This document shows positions 1 through 30,400 of a stretch of 64,000 nucleotides of DNA, piece after piece (the first letter of the stretch is position 1; every line of letters begins with the position of its first letter). Under the pieces are notes generated by a model. That model did not search any database and had not been told where the DNA came from. It saw only the letters and a list, made by a program, of their open reading frames with translations. The translations under genes and the position numbers were made by a program. Where the stretch lies: contig CM119381.1 in NCBI GenBank assembly GCA_051294905.1, positions 18,476,001-18,540,000 of the forward strand, in the 5' to 3' direction. The stretch is from Botryllus schlosseri (Eukaryota).

Positions 1-394
1 CGGTGATTCCTAAATTTTATTAGACACGCCCATCTTTATGATAGTGAAAGTTTTCTCGTCCCCTTTATCGTGATATCAGAAAATATCCAAGAGAGAAATC
101 AGAGTTCTAGCAATCCCAACGGAAAGTTTGATGGCATTGGAGGCTATGGCTGTAGACGAGCGAATTATCAAATATGAAATATATGGACAATAGACAGGAC
201 AATAACCATGAAATGGAGACAAATTGCGCGGAGCGCGAAAATTTTGTCAGTTTATTTGCGGCTTCGCGCCTCCTTTTAAATGCTTCCACGCCCCCCAGTT
301 TGAGAACCACTGTCATATAGTGACCGAAGAATTATGGAGATATAATCTATAAGTGGATCGTCCTCATCAGTAACGAGTTTGTAAAGAAAAACAC

Positions 395-1163
395 TCGTGG
401 ACCTAGCATTCAACATCTAAATCCATTCGCCTGCCGCACTATCAAAAATTGAGATTATAAACCAAAACTCAATATTGGTATGTGATTATAGTGAGGATGT
501 TGAAATTATATATATTTTGATTTAAAACCAACCAACCATTGATTTGAGGATATGGTACACGCGTCAGAAACATTGGCGAGCTGCTGGTCAACCTCAATAT
601 GAGCAATTTTCAAAACTAGGAATGAAGGTCGGTTGTCGCACCCGATTCTTAGAACAGGATGGAGATTTGAATCTGTGAGCAGTCATTTGTTTATAGATTT
701 GCTGATTCTACTTTTGGTTCAACTCCAGGACACACAATGCTGACAGCGTCATAACCATGCTAGCTTCAAATAGATTTTAGAAATATAAATACTTCTGCAA
801 ATACAGAGAACGAATTATACCTAAAACACGCGCGAATCGGTTTATCCAAGTACAGCATTGGAGTGGCCAATGTAAAATTTCACACATGATCTGTAAGTCA
901 TTTCCATTTTGGCTTTCTGTAATGTTTAGCAATTAAAACCTTTTAAAATGCGTGGTCCGGCTATCGCACCAGCAATGAAATAAAAATATATACCAGTCAG
1001 AATATAACTTATAATTATCATGGTGAAATATAATGAGAAAAAGTTTAATGGAGTCCCTGCAGAAATTAGATTTTTACTGCGCATTTTTTCAATATTTTAA
1101 ATACGATTCTTGAGCCTTTCGCGGGCCGCATGCGGCCTTCGGGCCGTAGTTTGCCCACCCCTG
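395..1163. mobile_element. hAT/Charlie-type MITE (left end decayed), same family as 27155-28307
   Basis: Ends ...gggccgtagtttgcccacccctg; internal sequence (cacacaatgctgacagc, aatataaatacttct, tgtttagcaattaaaacc) is homologous to 27840-28307. Confidence 0.7.
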
Positions 1164-1894
1164 GCGTAGACTATGCCGGCAATGCGTTCGAATCAACGAT
1201 TTAGGTTTCCCCCTTGGCAACGCCTTGGTTCCAGAGAACATTACTAATAACTATCATTCTCAAATCACAAACGTTACAATTTTGTCCACGTAAATTTCAC
1301 ATCACTTTCTATAAATCAACATTGCATGTGTCGCAAGATTTTAACACGACATGCCACCCCATTTTTTGTAGCTTGCTTTTTTCTAGTCGCTTAGACACCT
1401 CCCTATCTTTTCATTGTATCGCATTTTTGTGGTATATTGAACTGATAAAATTGCTAATAAACCAATGATGATGATGATGTTGCGCTTTGAAAAAGGTTTG
1501 GAGCCACCGCTGGACTTTGTCTACCATAGGCTACGGTAAACCCGTCCTGCAGTACTGAAAGGGCTGTGTCACTGATAGCGTCCCGGTTCATGCATTATTA
1601 CACGCGACAATGTATGACTGTATTTTTAGCAATGCAAGGTGGATAGTTTTGCAGGATAGAATAGGAGTATTTTGGGTGGTCAACGGATTGAACGTCAGTG
1701 GTTGGCGCTGCCAAGCTATTATTGGGTTAGTATTCATGATTCCTGAGCCGCCGACTTTTAGCGCGGCCCACTTTCGTCCTTCTAGACTTTATAGAATAGA
1801 CCTATAGAATAGATAAACCTCCACCAAGCTGATTGAAAAATGTGTTCGGGTCTTTCAGCAGGCTGCATCACGGTGTGATTTAGAGACTTAAAAG

Positions 1895-2665
1895 CAGTGA
1901 TTCCCAACCGCGGCAACCATAGCCGCATGCGGCTAGCTACCCTTCTTACGGCTCTGATTTACCTCTGAATATGCCACAAATATATAATATACAGTTGTTG
2001 TTTGTTTCTATGAATAGTTAGAGTCAATTTTTGTATATGAATACTAAAATAAGGGGTATTAGTCATGTCTACAGCCGCTTCCGAAAACGGGGAAAGTGAA
2101 TTCTTGCATAGTAGCGTCAATTATACGCAACGCATGTACCCGTCATACAATGATATATCTTGAGTTCTGCTTGTCATAGACCTTTATAGATCGTGTCTGT
2201 GACAAGTAAATTTCGACACAACTTTACTGACATCAAAGTAACGACTCATAGTCAAGTACAAAATTGCAATATTACCAATATATATTACGTAGCGTATAAT
2301 CCCCTCAAACTTGTGCATTAAGTGCTGGGAATTATGAAGACTCTTCATTGAAGAGCTATCACATTACGACATATATAGTAGGCCTATACTGTAGTAATGA
2401 TACGCATTTTCCGTTTATTTCAATGTATAGCACTCGCCAATCTGCGTCTATCAATGCTAAAATAACCGATATAGAATCTATAGAAGTTCACGTGCAATCG
2501 TGCATGCTTTTGAATTAGCTTGATGGTGAGATCCAGAGGTAGTCTGGCTAGCTATTCTTTAAAATTATCGTTATAAGTAGCCTAACTGAATGTTTTCATG
2601 CCCCTCCATACGTAGCCTGAAGTTTGAAATGCGGCTCCGACATCCAAAGAGGTTGGGAACCACTG
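1895..2665. mobile_element. hAT MITE
   Basis: TIR cagtgattcccaacc / ggttgggaaccactg; 8-bp TSD cttaaaag / ctcaaaag. Confidence 0.85.
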
Positions 2666-2893
2666 CTCAAAAGGGTATAGGTCTTCGTTCGTGTTTTAGG
2701 CGCATATATAGACCATTGTAGAGTCACGAATCCATAAATTCACAACTGCGATTTCATTTAGATTTATAGATAACGAAAATTTCCTCGTTTTACGACGTCG
2801 TACAATAATGTAGAACAAAGAGCGATTTCGCATTGTATTTCATTGTCAGCTCAATCGCATTACTCGACGTCGAATGTTACGTCAATATCTCAT

Positions 2894-20817
<17,924 letters not shown>

Positions 20818-20972
20818 ACTGTACTGCTACGCAGCAGCGACTCTGTCGAATTTACCTTGCGGGCAATCCACTGTGCAAAGGACTGAAGCGCAGGCTACAC
20901 ATCAAGGGCATAGGCCGTAACATATTCCATTGCATGCCATTAACACCATCTGACTTGATCAGTGTATAGCGC

Positions 20973-21093
20973 CAGAGGTGGTTAACAACCAAGCAATTTT
21001 ACTTTATCAAGGAGTTGTCTACTTAATCAAATGGTTATGTTTTTGGCTACTTCTTCTACTTGAGCACCAACAATTACTTCGACCACCTCTGGT
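20973..21093. mobile_element. Short cagaggtgg-family MITE remnant in the SIK 3' UTR
   Basis: ccagaggtggt ... accacctctgg inverted ends; same terminal motif as 54071-54581. No clear TSD. Confidence 0.55.
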
Positions 21094-21238
21094 TAACCTT
21101 ACAGAATTGCATGCATGCGATGCTAACAAAATGGTATCGACAGTTGTATTGGGAGATATAGCGTAGTGCCAGGCCAAAATTGCATGCCAGCCCTACCGGC
21201 TTGTGCTCATATTTGACATGTTGAATCGATGCACTGTG

Positions 21239-21244
21239 AATAAA
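21239..21244 (+). promoter_or_regulatory. Candidate polyadenylation signal of SIK
   Basis: AATAAA about 420 nt downstream of the SIK stop codon. Confidence 0.5.
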
Positions 21245-21426
21245 GTACTTCTATCGATCCGCTCGTCGATGCGAGTGTTCAAAACGAGACAGCAGTGCAG
21301 ACAAATTTCAGTAAAAGAAAATATAATCAACAAACTCAAATCAATGATCTCGTAAAACATCAACAGTCGCACTTATCGTACAATCGCAATGCTATACTTA
21401 AAAATGTGGACGAAAACACAAAATCC

Positions 21427-24400
21427 TCAATCCGAAGTGGCAGAACGGTTTTGCTCAATGCACATAGTGTAAAAGATGACCGCATCACGTTTCGTGTCGT
21501 TGTTGCGAAGTGCGTACATGTTCTTATAGGGAACTTGAAACTGCGAACGTCTCGGGAGTTGTATGGATTCGCCAGCTAGTGTCAGTTCCACGGAACCAGC
21601 TTCGACCAGACAGGACTGAAATAAGAAACGTTAGCAATCATTTGCTTGCAAGACTCAGCACTATAAAAATTTGTCTGTGAGTTGACCACATTTTACAAGA
21701 AGGGACGGACCAATGCCAACCAACGTATCATAATTGATTCGAACTAGCGAATCGGCAGAAATAACCATACGGCGGCGCTGAAGGGAGGAAAGGGTCAAAC
21801 AAATCACCGATCATTACTTGACTCGAATTCCTCCACCTGGGCCTATACACAATACAGATATGTGTCCGCTCAGGCCATGGTAGGTACTAGTACTACAGGT
21901 ATCTTATATCAGTTAAGCCCCTATTACCAAAATTAATTCAAAGCATTGACACTCAAGAGACAAACGATCGCAAAGAGAAATATCATGGAAGAACATTCAC
22001 CATAGTCCCATAACCGCAGATCCTCTCCGGCTTCGCATACTTGGGCTTGATGATGATCCGGCCCTGCACGACAGACGACAAGCCCGTTTCAGACAAATTA
22101 ACGGCCCGCGTTATCGAGATCCCGTCGGCGACTTGGTGCCGTTTTGGCCGCGTGGCTAGGGGTCCGCTGCCGCGCACGACGATTTGCGACAGATCTGGCA
22201 AAGAAACGAGAGTGAGTGTGAGTTGCAGGGTGAAAAGCAGAGGTGTTCAGTAAAGGAGTACTTTTTTCTTTTTGCCATTTCATTGCATCACAATCTTGCA
22301 GTGTTTTGAATTGAGGAAATTAACAATTAATCGACTGATGCCAACACTCAATTAGATTCCGCCTACTTGCGCTACATAGTAGAGTTGTTACCTTTTTAGA
22401 CAACTTCCACTGCTACTTCAACTACTTGCTTTTCACATTTCGGGTTTTAAAATCTAGATGAGTGGCTCCTAACGTTTTCGTCTTCGTGGACCCTCTTTGA
22501 ACCGACACGGACCCCCTACCAAGCTATAGTTCAAATCCAGATCTACTATCACGCAACCGTCAATTCGTCATTTGTCTGGCAGAAATATAACTGTATGTAG
22601 GCTAGCGATAAACAGCAACAAAATGACCTTTCTTGAAACTAACATACTATTTACATATAAACTGGGAACACGTTTCCTATTTCAAAGTGAATCCTGTATC
22701 TGCATTTCTTGAGGTTCGTGGCTGTGTCTCGAAAATTCGCGCCGTCGATTTGATATGAGCGAGGGCCGAAAATCCATTTTCACAAAGAGAGGTGGTGACA
22801 CCTTTGGGTATGATCACAGCATAATATAAGGGAAACCTCTAGAATAGTCATTTCTATCTAGCTGCAATAGAGGTTGTGGATATCACATTAAAAATGGACT
22901 TTTGCAAGCAAATGTTTTCCGAAAGCCCGACAGAACATTCTAAACACCAATATGTTTGTATCAGACTATTGGCAATTTGCAGATTAAAATGACTTTGCAA
23001 AGTCGAATATTTCATCTCAGACGGCCATTCTGTTTTCTTGTGAGTTCTGAAGTTTTTTAGCAGTTATGAAGCGAAACGGCTTCGTGATTTCTCTAATTTA
23101 AAAAATACAAATTGTAGGTTATCAAGCATTCGGCAAATTTGGAGGTTTCGCGGACCCCCTGAAAATGCCTCGCGAGCCACTAGGCGTTCGAGGACTCCAG
23201 TTGAGAACCACTGATCTAGATAATAGTTGTTTGATATGTTTACAATTGCACCACTCATATGAGTAAATTTATATCATCACGTGAAATAGTCCCTGTAGTA
23301 TCGTGGTTGCATAAGTTTTCAAAGATTGCACATATTTGGACTGCGATTAGTTATTTTGCTTTAGTCCCAAAGATACGTATTGAAATTTCGAAAGTAGCTG
23401 GCCATTAATTGATAAATGTACGCGAGTCCTTGACCAAATAAACTTTTTGGACCTACTTGCTGAATAGAAGTTTCCAGACCTTTTGCCTTAGTCGCTTAAA
23501 TGCATCACACAATTTCAAACGTTGCACAGCATATCAGTTTGGGAAACGAAGTGGATCAAATCATGCTTTTCTACATCAATTGCGTGTTGCCTGCCGTTTG
23601 AGCAAGATTTATTATACTGCTTGTCAGCTCGCAGTTATATATCATGGTAAAATGCAAAAATTCACTAACATCAAAATCGAGTTAGGCTTTCCATGCATAC
23701 GCTAATGACACATTTAAATGCATGAGGAATGAAACGTCGAATAACGATCTCAAATTCTTCAATCGGAAATTTTAATATATCATCGAACAAGATATCAGCA
23801 GTGCCGGCATATGCCCACAGATTTTTGAGCTGACACTCGCCAAACACGGTCGCTAGCTTGACGGCATTCTGTTTCACAACTATCGGCATACCAATTTCGC
23901 TACAACAAGGATAGGTGATATTTCAAAACGTCCAATCAAGTTCCAACTACAACACACAAACAATGGACGTAGTAGTATACATGAATCCTTCAACTGTGCA
24001 CCCGAGCTTGGTTGCTGTTATAAAACAATAAAGGAGCTATTATATCAACTATAATCGGGAAGTGCCACTGATAAATTCAGATATTAATCTGCCCTTGCTC
24101 GCATTACCACGGTGATTGCATGAAACGGATACGCACCGATGTGACACATTGAATTTGTCGTGCTGTTGAGCAAGTTTACGGTCCTCTCTGCGATACTCCC
24201 AGACTGGTTCAATATGTCATCGTCTTCGCACGACGATGGTTCCTCTTCATCTGTTGCTGCAAGTTGGGTGGTTATTTTCAAAGCCGGCAGCACAACATTG
24301 CACGCATCTCACACCTACAACTACACCAGAGTTGGATCAATTACATTATTTCAGTTCAATTACAATTACAATTACAATTACTTTCATGCATGTTTCAATT

Positions 24401-27400
24401 ACATTACAATTACAATTACTCCATGCTAAAAATATCAAATTACAATTACAATTACTCCTTGCATGCTTCAATTACATTACAATTACAATTGCTGCTGTTG
24501 AACATGTAATTGAATAATCATAAATTCAACTGTGCTCCTTGACAACGGTAGCGTCGTAATTAACAACAATTCAAGTATTCATGTTTCATTCATGATGCGC
24601 AAATACCCGTTAATTAATAAAAAGAAAAAACGTTTTCGAATTATTCCAGTATGCAGTATGTCGTTGAAAAAAGTATTATAATATATGCACGTGTTGGATT
24701 TGCGTATATAGTATATAATTGAAGAAATATTATTATTTTTTATCGAGGGACGTAGGAATTAGGATGAGGAGTAAAAACAAAACCGTGCTTTGTCAGATAA
24801 GACGTTATATAATATCCAGTGGTCTGGTTATTAGCCAGACGAAGTAAGGATGCAGTATCGTGATCTGAAATCGTATTGTAGATTGCCAATCCACGGACAG
24901 ATGCGCAAGATGTGAGTCATGGATGAATGCACCGACAAACGTACTGCAGAGTCGGCTGAAAGCAGCAAACTTTGTAGTCCTAGAGCTGGCGATCCAAGCG
25001 TCCAAATTTGATGCATCTGGTCTTTATCGTAAGCTATTGATGCACTAATTCCGAAAATACAAATTAAAATCTCGTCAGAGCAATGTAACTGCTCCAAAAT
25101 AGCCGTTTAAGGCCGACTGTTCTGAAAAGTGAGAGCGCCGCAGCAGCATGACCACAACAATGACCAATTACGCCGAGCGATTGTTCAGAACAATGCTGAT
25201 TCCCAGACTTTCACGACTATTTTGAGATGGTACCATTGCCTGGAAATATACTTTGATTGCGGAATCAGTGCGACACTAGCTTTCGATTAGGACCACACAT
25301 ATCAAATTTCGACGCTTGGATCGCCAGCAATTGGACTATCAATTCTGCTGCTTTTAGCCGGCTCAGCAGTTCGCTTCTCGGCGTATTCAATCGTGAGTCA
25401 CGTGTTGCGAATCCATCCGTTGGTTAGTAATCTAATAATTGTATACAATGGCAGCCGAGGCCAGCATAGCGGTAAAAATAAAAAACTTTGCATGCAAGGG
25501 CGCAGTCAAGGGCTTCCGCGAATGGATCCATCAAATTCCTTGTCGACATTTAAAGAGAATGCATTATATGTCAATTATTTTATGTTGTGCTTGTCAGGTA
25601 TCAATAGCAATTTAATGTAATTGAAATTGTAATTGAGCAAAATTTTTGTCAAATTACAATCACAATTACAATTACACAAAATAAAAATGCTTTAATTACA
25701 ATTACATTACAATTACATTGAAAAATGTATTTAATTACATTCAATTACAATTACAAATTACAATTGATCCAACTCTGAGCTACACCCACGAATTCTGATA
25801 CGTCGGAAAGCGATTGAACACACTGCCTCTAAGTAAAAAGGAGATTCGTGCACATGGCAAATGTCACTCAGAGACGCATATCGAGCATGCCCCCTGCCAA
25901 CGGAGACCTCAAACGTAATCTATAGATTTCGAGACTCGATATGGACTATGGAGCATAGCAGAACAGCGCATATTATCGATTGATTACAATCAGAGCCCGA
26001 CCCATATCATAATCTCTAGCCGATAGCGATACAACATATTTTCGTCAACATCAAAACATGAGATGTACCGACGAAAGCTTCTAATTAGTGGTGGTAATTT
26101 AAAAGATATAAAACATACCCCATACAAAGCTCTATCCCAACGCTGCATCACTATGACTATCACCAAAACCACAAACACAGATCTGTAATAACGTGGCAGA
26201 CTAGGCCTACCTATCGGAGCTGGTCTTTCCACTACAGCATCTGCCTTTTCAGCCACCCGTTTCTTGGCTCCACCCTTTTTCTTTGCTGCGCCTAGACAAG
26301 AATCAAAATGCCTGGGTCATATCGACGGCGACACCCCTCGAGGTAACAGCCGGAGACCGCTTGAAATAACTAGGGCTGGGGAGAATGATTTGAGTACTCC
26401 AATCTGAATTGAGTATTAATTATAATTATCTGAGCCGAATACTGAGTACCAAAACTATACGCTCTTTGCCACTAAGTGCGGAGAATGGAGATCATAAAGT
26501 TCGATTATCATGTTCATCAGGATTTAACAACCCATGATTAATGAAACCGGTTGATCGCAGCGCATAAAGTTAGTTTTAATCCCACGATTTAACAAACCTT
26601 TACGGACTATAGATAATAGTAATCTATAAAAACTATGTAGAGTGCGTAACATTCCTACGCGCAAATATTTCCGATAATGACCGCGTCGATTGTCTGTTAG
26701 GTAAAGGGTTCACAAAAGGATCAGACAATCAACGAACTATGTAGGCTATCCACCATTGCACTGCGATATATCTATCGATATTATAAAATCAATTTCTTCG
26801 CTGTACATTACTGATCACGCACGCCTTTAATTTCGCGAAGCTGATGAATTCTACCTATCATAGTCGCAGTATCTTTATCAGCAGCCTACCGTTTTATTAA
26901 ACAAATTAACAAATGACAGCCAAAACCGAGTATTCGCATTATGATGCCATACATACCGCAACGCAATTGAAAACTCGGACACCTCAAGTAGTCATAGCAC
27001 GTAACCTTATCCAACTTTACGCGCCGCGATTAGCAGTTTTCAATCACACAATCACCATTCTTCCGGATCAACTAACTTTATGATCCCCCCTTAAAATGCG
27101 TCCCGATTAGCGGTTTTTAATCACATGATTAGAATTCTCCCGGATAAGCTAACTCATGGGTGGGCAAACTTCTTAGATCGCGGGCCGCATTCGACATCGA
27201 AATCCATTTGCGGGCCGCACTATATAAAATTGGGATACCAAGCCAAAATTCGATGTCGTTATTTGATTATATAGTGACTGACGACACGGAAATAATATAT
27301 ATGTATCTGTATATTTAAAACAAACCAAACGTTGATTTGATGATGATGAACACTCGTCAGAAACGTTGACTAGAATATACAAGCTAGTCGTCTTCATTGT

Positions 27401-30400
27401 CAAAATTAGGGATGAATGTCGGGCGTCGGCTTAAAACTGGATGTAAATTTCAGTCTGTGGGAAGCGACCTGTTCATAGCTCTTATGATAGCAGTGGAGAA
27501 ATTAGCGTAGCAGTGACGATAAGCTGCCGGCGACCCGGGTTCGATTCCGTGTCGGGGTTTATCAGGGCTCCTCTTACCCCGCGTTGCGTCGCGTCTTACG
27601 GCAACAAAAAGAGCCCAGAAAAAGAACGCACTCTCAAGGAACGGAGAGAGCAAGAAGGAGCCGAGAGATTAACATATAAAAAGGATTTTGACATCGGACA
27701 ACCGGCCGAGGTGGATGTCAGTTTAGCAGACCGCAACTGGTCGTTCGGCATCCTCTTATCTGTTCATTACACTGCATTGTACATTGCGTGTCTTGATCAG
27801 ATGAAGATATAGTCTGATGATTATTGATTGTACTTTTGGTGTAACTCCAGCACACACAATGCTGACAGCATCATAACTATGGTACCGTTTAATACGCTTC
27901 TACAATGCATAAATATTACCAATTACAAATATAAATACTTCTACACATATGAAAAACGAATCTATCTGACACACTTGCGAATCGGTTTTCCCAAGTACAT
28001 CACTAAAAGTAATAAGCTCGCTCGTGTTGCTCTAATATCACACTCGTGGTCTGAATAAAGTCATTCACGTTTCAGTTTCTGTGATGTTTAGCGATTAAAA
28101 CCTTTCAAAATGCATGGGCACCGAGGTCGGGCAATCGCGCCATCAATAATATAAAAAATACTATGCTAAGAATATAACTTCTCATCATGACGAAATATAT
28201 TAAGAAAAAGTTCAATCAAGTGCGACAGTAATTTGATTTCTAGAAGCATTTTATCATTATTTTCATGTTTCTCGAGGTTTGCGCGGGCTGTAGTTTGCCC
28301 ACTCCTAAGCTAGCTTATGATCTCTGCCCTTGAGAGCTGATTTGTAAACGAAGATGATAGCTTCGACATTATTTTCCGCCACACAAAACATGTATTGCAA
28401 AGCTACGCACGTTAGTGGAAATTACATGTGTGCGTGCAAGTCCTGAACGATCCGTGCCATCGCCAGAAAGTACACTGAAATGGGCATAGTCAAAATAACA
28501 CCAAGCTATCTTTATTCTCACGTAAAGCTTGCGTCAATCTCTCATCGCGTAAAAGGTGCATATTTGAACTGTCCACATCTCTCACACTGCTAGTGTCATA
28601 ATCTGCGATACTTGAATAGGCTATCAGATTCGAGGCCTAATACTCGATTCAAAATCGAGTCACTCAGGCAGCGGAATTCGATTTTGACCAGCCCTAGAAA
28701 TAACGTGAACGAAATGGGATCGACGATACCTTTTGACTTTGCGTTCTCGGTCTGCTTGGTCTCGGCCTTCTTGGTCACCTTTTTCTTGGGTTTGCTTCTC
28801 CTTTTCTTCAGCGACACGGTAGCAGCGTCTAATTCCGCATCGCCTATGAACAGAGAATTTCGCCATTACTCGAGCAGTAGCAACGCCGTACATAACTCCT
28901 CGATCACCGGCAGACGTAGCGATTACCGAGATGTGTCAAACCTAATTCAAGCAGTAGAAAGTAGAAAATGCAGAGAGTCGATTTTTACGAGGGGTCGCAA
29001 ACATTGAGCAGCGAGTCAGAGCCAGGTGACTTTGACAACACAGAATGACCAATGACATTACAAACAAGCGTATTGAAAAAAAAAAAATACATTCAATTAT
29101 TGTGATGTAGGGGTTATTTGACCCCATTGTTATGACAATTTCACTCACGGAACCGATGCAGACATGTGACAAACTGCACGCAGATAAACTAACATCTACT
29201 TTACAAAATACAAAGTATAAAAACTCCCTTCTACACTAACGTCGACCACCTCTGCCTGGAAATCACTATTGCCACCCTTGGCTGGAACATAAATTCGCGT
29301 TACCAAACCATTACTCAAAAGTCAATGTAGCAACAGACAATATATTCATCATGCCGAATATATCCCACTCAAAGCTTTTCGACTGATTCTCATCAGGAGC
29401 GAACGTCAACATACCTTCGATTGTCAATTTCCTAACCCCGACCACTTTTTTAAATCCATGCTCGTCAAACTCCGTCCTGCAACGGAACAAGACATATCAA
29501 TAGTCATGGTACTCGGCGTAGGGAGCACGCGGTCCACTCACGAGTAATGGATCCCGTATCTTACTCCGATACCGACTGGTAATCGAACTCTTTTGCTTCT
29601 TCGGACGCCTGCGCCGTCGTCGTCTGCAGAAGAGGCTGGCTCCACTGACAAAAAAGAACAGGCTGAATTCGCAGAAGGCGGGCCCGTGACCGAAGATTTA
29701 AATCGACCCTATCACCGTACGGACCGTAAAGACGAGTGTGCATGTCGGGTTTTCAAATTCAAACCAGGCTCAACACTACGGCAGGTTGATTACAAAATAT
29801 TCCAATCCGAAGTGTGGTAGGTTTATCTAAGCTCCTCCTCACCATCTGAGCTAGGTAAGTGGACTCTTAAAAAATCCTAGAAGTGGGCCGTGCTACAATT
29901 CTGTAAATACGGAGCCGTGATTACAGACATGACAGTCGAGTACCGATGACTACCGTCTCCCTTTCCGATCGATCGCGTCTTGAAACGCAAATGCTTACCG
30001 GGATATTCTTCTATCTGTTTGGTCGAGAGGACGTTGTTTGTAGTTTGCAGCGCTCTCCTGCAATGCAAGACGTTGTCTTTAAACTTCAGGAAATACATCG
30101 CAGGTCTTAAAAATGGCCATGGACACACAAGCAATCGAGCATGTGCGTTGAGTTAAGGGTTTAGGGTTAATTTTGGTGTTAAAGTCACATGCTCAAGTGT
30201 CGCACATTAATTTGCAGTTTTTCATTATACCACCAGGGGTGGTCTGGTCATTGTTGGTATACAAGTAGAAGTAGTGGTCCAGGGGTGGTCATTGTAGGTG
30301 CGCAAGTAGAAATAGTGGTAACTTTGTAATTCTATAATCAACTAGAAGTTTCCAAGTAAGAAAAAAAGTTTAGTAATCGGAACCTAATTTGCCTAACACA

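Noticed and set aside
24236-24517. Q/L/Y/N/T/I-rich ORFs
   Set aside because: Translations of the (CAATTA)n transposon array.
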